Source of the DNA: Thermoanaerobaculia bacterium
GTDB taxonomy: Bacteria > Acidobacteriota > Thermoanaerobaculia > Multivoradales > Multivoraceae
Direction: 5' to 3'
Assembly (NCBI GenBank): GCA_963666565.1
Contig: OY762911.1
Coordinates: 928,001 to 992,000 of the forward strand
Length of the DNA: 64,000 nt
Shown here: one piece after another, positions 60,299 through 64,000 of the stretch
Layout of the letters: each line of letters begins with the position of its first letter
How positions within the stretch are numbered: the first letter of the stretch is position 1
The notes under the pieces: model-generated
Told to the model about the DNA's origin: nothing
Databases searched by the model: none
Seen by the model: only the letters and a program-made list of their open reading frames with translations
Made by a program: the position numbers and the translations under genes

Positions 60299-61123
60299 AT
60301 GACGCCGAAGCTCCATCCGCTCAACCGGGACTTTCGCTGGGCACCCAGGGGCGGCCCCTATCGGCGCATCTCTTCCGCGCAGGCCCGCCAGTGGAGCGAG
60401 CAGGGCTTCTTCGTGCTGGAGGACGCGGTCGAGCCTTCCACGGTCGAGCGCCTGATCGCCGAGATCGACCCCTGGGAGGCGAAGGCCGAAGCGGCGCTGC
60501 GCGAGCTACCGGAGGGGCGTCGCTTCATCGCTCGCGCCGACGAGATTACCTTCACCGTCCACCTGGTGCTGCGCTCGGCTTTCCTGCGCGACTTCTGCGC
60601 CGGGCCTCTCTTCCGCGATCTCGCGTGGGACCTGGTGGGCCCGGACGTCCGGCTCTACTGGGACCAGGCGGTCTACAAGAAGCCGAGCGTTCCGGCCCCG
60701 TTTCCCTGGCACCAGGACAACGGCTACGGCTTCCTCGACCCGCAGGCCTACCTCACCTGCTGGATCGCGCTGACCGACGCCACGACCGGCAACGGCTGCC
60801 CCCGGGTGCTTCCGGGACTGCATCGCCACGGCACCCTGGAGCACTGGACGACCGATCTCGGCTACTGCTGCGCGGACGAGGACGCCGAAGGGGTCGCGGC
60901 GCCGGCACGAGCCGGCAGCATCGTCGTCTTCTCCTCGCTCACGCCGCATGCCACCGGGCCGAATCTCACGTCCGAGGTCCGCAAGGCGTACATCGTGCAG
61001 CTTGCCCCCGACGGGGCCCGTCGCATGGAGCCCGACGGGAGCGGCGGCTACCGGCCCGTTCTCCAGAACGACCCGGACCGGCAGTTTCCGATCCTGGTTG
61101 CCGGTGGGCCGCCCGGAACCTGA
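60299..61123 (+). CDS. Phytanoyl-CoA dioxygenase (PhyH) family Fe/2OG oxygenase
   Basis: WHQDNGY, WIALTDAT..NGC, PH..G.N...R. Confidence 0.9.
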   Translation: MTPKLHPLNRDFRWAPRGGPYRRISSAQARQWSEQGFFVLEDAVEPSTVERLIAEIDPWEAKAEAALRELPEGRRFIARADEITFTVHLVLRSAFLRDFCAGPLFRDLAWDLVGPDVRLYWDQAVYKKPSVPAPFPWHQDNGYGFLDPQAYLTCWIALTDATTGNGCPRVLPGLHRHGTLEHWTTDLGYCCADEDAEGVAAPARAGSIVVFSSLTPHATGPNLTSEVRKAYIVQLAPDGARRMEPDGSGGYRPVLQNDPDRQFPILVAGGPPGT

Positions 61124-61133
61124 CGGGACGGAT

Positions 61134-61174
61134 CCGCCTCCGGCGGCAGCGGGTCGGAAGACCCGCGCACCCAG
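61134..61174 (-). repeat. REP-like copy
   Basis: Reverse complement of the consensus with a GGA loop. Confidence 0.9.
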
Positions 61175-61287
61175 CGCACGACCCGGCTCCCTGCGCTGCC
61201 CCCGCTCGCATGTCGGCCGGTCCGAGGCGAAGCCTCGCTAGACTCGCAGTTCCTTCGCGTCGACCGCCTGCAGTGAGGAGAAGAGCC

Positions 61288-62436
61288 ATGCATGGACTTC
61301 GTTGGCGCCCGCTTGCGGCGCTCCTGGTCGCCCTGATGAGCGCGGCCGCTAGCTTCGGCCAGGCGACGGAGTCGGCGGAGCCGTTCAAGGTCGGGACCTT
61401 CGACATCGACGGCGTGCCGCGCGTCGGCCTCGTCCTGCGGGACAGCCTGGTGGTCGACATCGCGGAGGCGAACCGGGGGCTGGAGGCAGATCCGGCGTAC
61501 CCGAAGATGCCGATGCCGGAGGACATGCTCGAGCTCATCGGCCGCTACGAGTACGGCCTCAAGTACCGGCTGTACGAGATCGTGAACCATCTCGTCGGTA
61601 ACGAGCTCCTCGGCAGCGACGCGCCGCGGTACGTCCACCCCGTCGACGAGCTCCGAATCCGGCCGCCGATCATGTATCCGGGCAAGATCCTGAACGCCGC
61701 CGTCAACTTCTACAGTCACGTCAACGAGTCGGGAACCGAGGAAGAGCGGGCCGCTGCCCGGCGCCAGCGCCGGGAGAACCGCGGCGTCCCGTACCTCTTC
61801 CTCAAGCCGTCGCGGGGCGCGGTCGTCGGCAGCGGCGACAAGATCGTCATCCCGCACGGGCGCGACCGCACGGACTGGGAAGTCGAGCTGGGCGCGGTCA
61901 TCGGGCGGACGGCGAGGTACGTCTCCGCCGCCGACGCCCAGGACCACGTCTTCGGCTACATGGTCTCCATCGACGTCTCCGACCGCGGCGGGCGGCCGCC
62001 GGGAGGCAACCCCATCCGCAGCGACTGGTTCGTCGGCAAGGGGCACGACACCTTCGCGCCGCAGGGCCCGTGGATCGTGCCGCGCGAGTTCTACGGCGAT
62101 CCGATGGAGAACCTCCGCCAGACCCTGAGTGTCGACGGCACCCTGCTCCAGGAGGCGCGCGCCGGCGACATGATCCACTCGCTGTGGGAGCTGATCGAGT
62201 ACGGGTCGTCGATCATCACGCTCTATCCCGGCGACGTGATCAACAACGGCACCTCGGGCGGCACGGCGGCCGGCGCCGCCGCGATCCGCGGGCCGGAAGA
62301 TCGCTTCCTCAAGCCGGGCGAGGTGGTCGAGGCGTCGATCGACGGCATCGGCACGCTGCGGCTGCCGGTGGTGGCCGGGGAGAAGCCGCCGGGCGAGACG
62401 GGGGCGCGGCTGCCGCCGGTCAAGTCGTATCGCTGA
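61288..62436 (+). CDS. Fumarylacetoacetate hydrolase family protein with signal peptide
   Basis: NFYSH, DWEVELG, DVSDR, GK.HDTFAP.GPW, PGDVI..GT; GAGGAG RBS. Confidence 0.88.
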   Translation: MHGLRWRPLAALLVALMSAAASFGQATESAEPFKVGTFDIDGVPRVGLVLRDSLVVDIAEANRGLEADPAYPKMPMPEDMLELIGRYEYGLKYRLYEIVNHLVGNELLGSDAPRYVHPVDELRIRPPIMYPGKILNAAVNFYSHVNESGTEEERAAARRQRRENRGVPYLFLKPSRGAVVGSGDKIVIPHGRDRTDWEVELGAVIGRTARYVSAADAQDHVFGYMVSIDVSDRGGRPPGGNPIRSDWFVGKGHDTFAPQGPWIVPREFYGDPMENLRQTLSVDGTLLQEARAGDMIHSLWELIEYGSSIITLYPGDVINNGTSGGTAAGAAAIRGPEDRFLKPGEVVEASIDGIGTLRLPVVAGEKPPGETGARLPPVKSYR

Positions 62437-62592
62437 CTGCGCCCGTCCGCATGGAGGGCCCGCCGCGTCGCCGCAACGGGCGCGCGCCAGGCGCCCGCGC
62501 CCCGCACCCGTCGAGAGCGCGACGAGATTTAGTGTCGCTTGTGTGTCTCCGGTGTGTCGTCAGAGAGGCGGCGCTAGGCTAGAATCGTCTGC

Positions 62593-63834
62593 ATGACTGC
62601 ATCGTCTCCGCCGAGGAATTCGGCTCAGCGTCTGATGATCGGCTCACTCAACGCGATCCGCCTCGCGGCCACCACGACAGGCATCCTCCTTGTGACGCCG
62701 GCCATGGCTGCGGGCCTCAACCTCGACCGCCCCACCTTCGTCGACGACGTGGCGCCGATCCTTCACGCCAACTGTGTCTCCTGCCACCGGCCCGGCGAGA
62801 TCGGGCCGATGTCGCTGCGCACCTACGGCGAGGTTCGGCCGTGGGCCCGGTCCATCGCCCGCGCGGTCGAGAACCGGGACATGCCGCCGTGGGACGCCGA
62901 CCCGGGCTACGGGCCGTGGTTGAACGACATCAGCCTGAACGACGACGAGATCGCGGCGATCGTCCACTGGGCGACGAACGGCGCGCCCCGCGGCGAGGGC
63001 GACGAACCGGTCCATGAGCAGCCGGAGGCCGCGCGGGATTGGGCGTTCGGCGAACCGGACTGGGTGTTCGAGTTCGATCCCCACGAGGTGGCGGTGGAGG
63101 GACCGGACGAGTTTCGCGACGTGACGATCACGACCGGATTCGACGAGGATCGCTGGATCCGCGCGGTCGAGGTTCAGCCGGGAGACGGCAAGGTGCTTCA
63201 TCACTTCATTCTCTGGCGAGGCGGCGCCAGCGGGCCCTACCCGGAAAGCTGGATGGCGGTCTGGACCGCGGGCAGCGAGCCCCGCCAGTTCCCGGCGGGG
63301 TCCGCCCGCCTGCTGCAGAAGGGCCGCGCGATGATCGGCGATTTCCACTACCACCCGAGGGACGAAGCGGCAACCGACAGCACCCGCATCGGTCTCTGGT
63401 TCGCCGAACCCGAGGAAGTCGAAAAGGAACTGATCACGCTGCCGATCTGGAACGCCGGCATCGAGATCCCGGCGGGCGACCCGAACTACGAAGCGGAGAC
63501 GAGCCGCGTCTTCCAGGAAGACGTCCTGGTGCACGGGTTCACGCCGCACATGCACTACCGCGGAAAGTCCATGTTCTTCAGCGCGGAGCTTCCCGACGGC
63601 AGCACCAGGGATCTGCTCGGGGTCAGCCGCTACGACTTCGACTGGCAGACGACCTACCTGTTGTCCGAGCCGATCCGGCTGCCGGCCGGGACGCGAATCC
63701 ATGTGAAGGCCACCTTCGACAACTCGGCCGACAACCCCGAGAACCCCGACCCGACGGTCGACGTCAAGTGGGGTCTGGAATCCACCGACGAGATGCTGAA
63801 CGGCCTCGTCGACTACGTCGCGGCGGACAGATAG
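62593..63834 (+). CDS. Cytochrome c-like domain plus copper type II monooxygenase-like domain
   Basis: CVSCH heme motif; VLHH, HYHP, PHMH.RG, YDFDWQ, DEM. Confidence 0.8.
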   Translation: MTASSPPRNSAQRLMIGSLNAIRLAATTTGILLVTPAMAAGLNLDRPTFVDDVAPILHANCVSCHRPGEIGPMSLRTYGEVRPWARSIARAVENRDMPPWDADPGYGPWLNDISLNDDEIAAIVHWATNGAPRGEGDEPVHEQPEAARDWAFGEPDWVFEFDPHEVAVEGPDEFRDVTITTGFDEDRWIRAVEVQPGDGKVLHHFILWRGGASGPYPESWMAVWTAGSEPRQFPAGSARLLQKGRAMIGDFHYHPRDEAATDSTRIGLWFAEPEEVEKELITLPIWNAGIEIPAGDPNYEAETSRVFQEDVLVHGFTPHMHYRGKSMFFSAELPDGSTRDLLGVSRYDFDWQTTYLLSEPIRLPAGTRIHVKATFDNSADNPENPDPTVDVKWGLESTDEMLNGLVDYVAADR

Positions 63835-63855
63835 CGCTGGCCTGCGCGGCGGAAA

Positions 63856-63900
63856 CCGGGTGCGCCGGCGTCCCCGCCGGCATCCGGCGCGAAGCGCCGG
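63856..63900 (+). repeat. REP-like copy (variant stem) plus GAA hairpin
   Basis: GGGTGC-GCCGGCG-TCCC-CGCCGGC, then CCGGCGC-GAA-GCGCCGG. Confidence 0.8.
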
Positions 63901-63921
63901 CTTCCGGGCCTTCCGCCGCGC

Positions 63922-64000
63922 CTAGATCGCCAGATCGTTCAGATTGTAGTCCCGGATCACCCGCTCGAACGTCTCGCCGTTGAAGCGGAAGTCGTCCTCC
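63922..64000 (-). CDS. 3' end of an unidentified CDS (partial)
   Basis: Frame open to the window edge: EDDFRFNGETFERVIRDYNLNDLAI*. Confidence 0.45.
   Translation of the reverse strand, partial: EDDFRFNGETFERVIRDYNLNDLAI

Overview
High-GC bacterial chromosomal window. The gene content (bshC/bshA, many secreted hydrolases, PQQ-like propeller, DUF885, czc-type RND) suggests an Acidobacteriota-like organism; that taxonomy is inference only. The left ~12 kb is housekeeping: bshC-bshA, yidD, mobA, ppiA, pgk-tpiA-secG-tRNA-Leu, tsaD, thiG, a deoxynucleoside kinase and tRNA-Arg. The rest mixes catabolic and secreted enzymes with a lower-GC defence island (GIY-YIG nuclease, Dam-like MTase, SacI-like REase, nuclease/PIN-like protein, XRE-ImmA/IrrE), higBA and hicBA toxin-antitoxin pairs, an ABC-ATPase/DUF4276-like pair, a czcCBA-type efflux operon and an IS1380 element. 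The strongest non-coding signal is a dispersed REP/REPIN-like family of about 24 copies. Its structure is a GGGTGC foot, a 7-bp stem present in several compensatory variants, and a second hairpin whose loop is a GNA triloop. Copies supply a stop codon and a probable RBS to host genes, and several sit next to mosaics of truncated TA, RM and defence genes. Other recurring patterns are short degenerate tandem duplications at gene ends, probable leaderless genes, and three single-base frameshifts (one in pgk, so possibly assembly errors). All coordinates and counts were read by eye.
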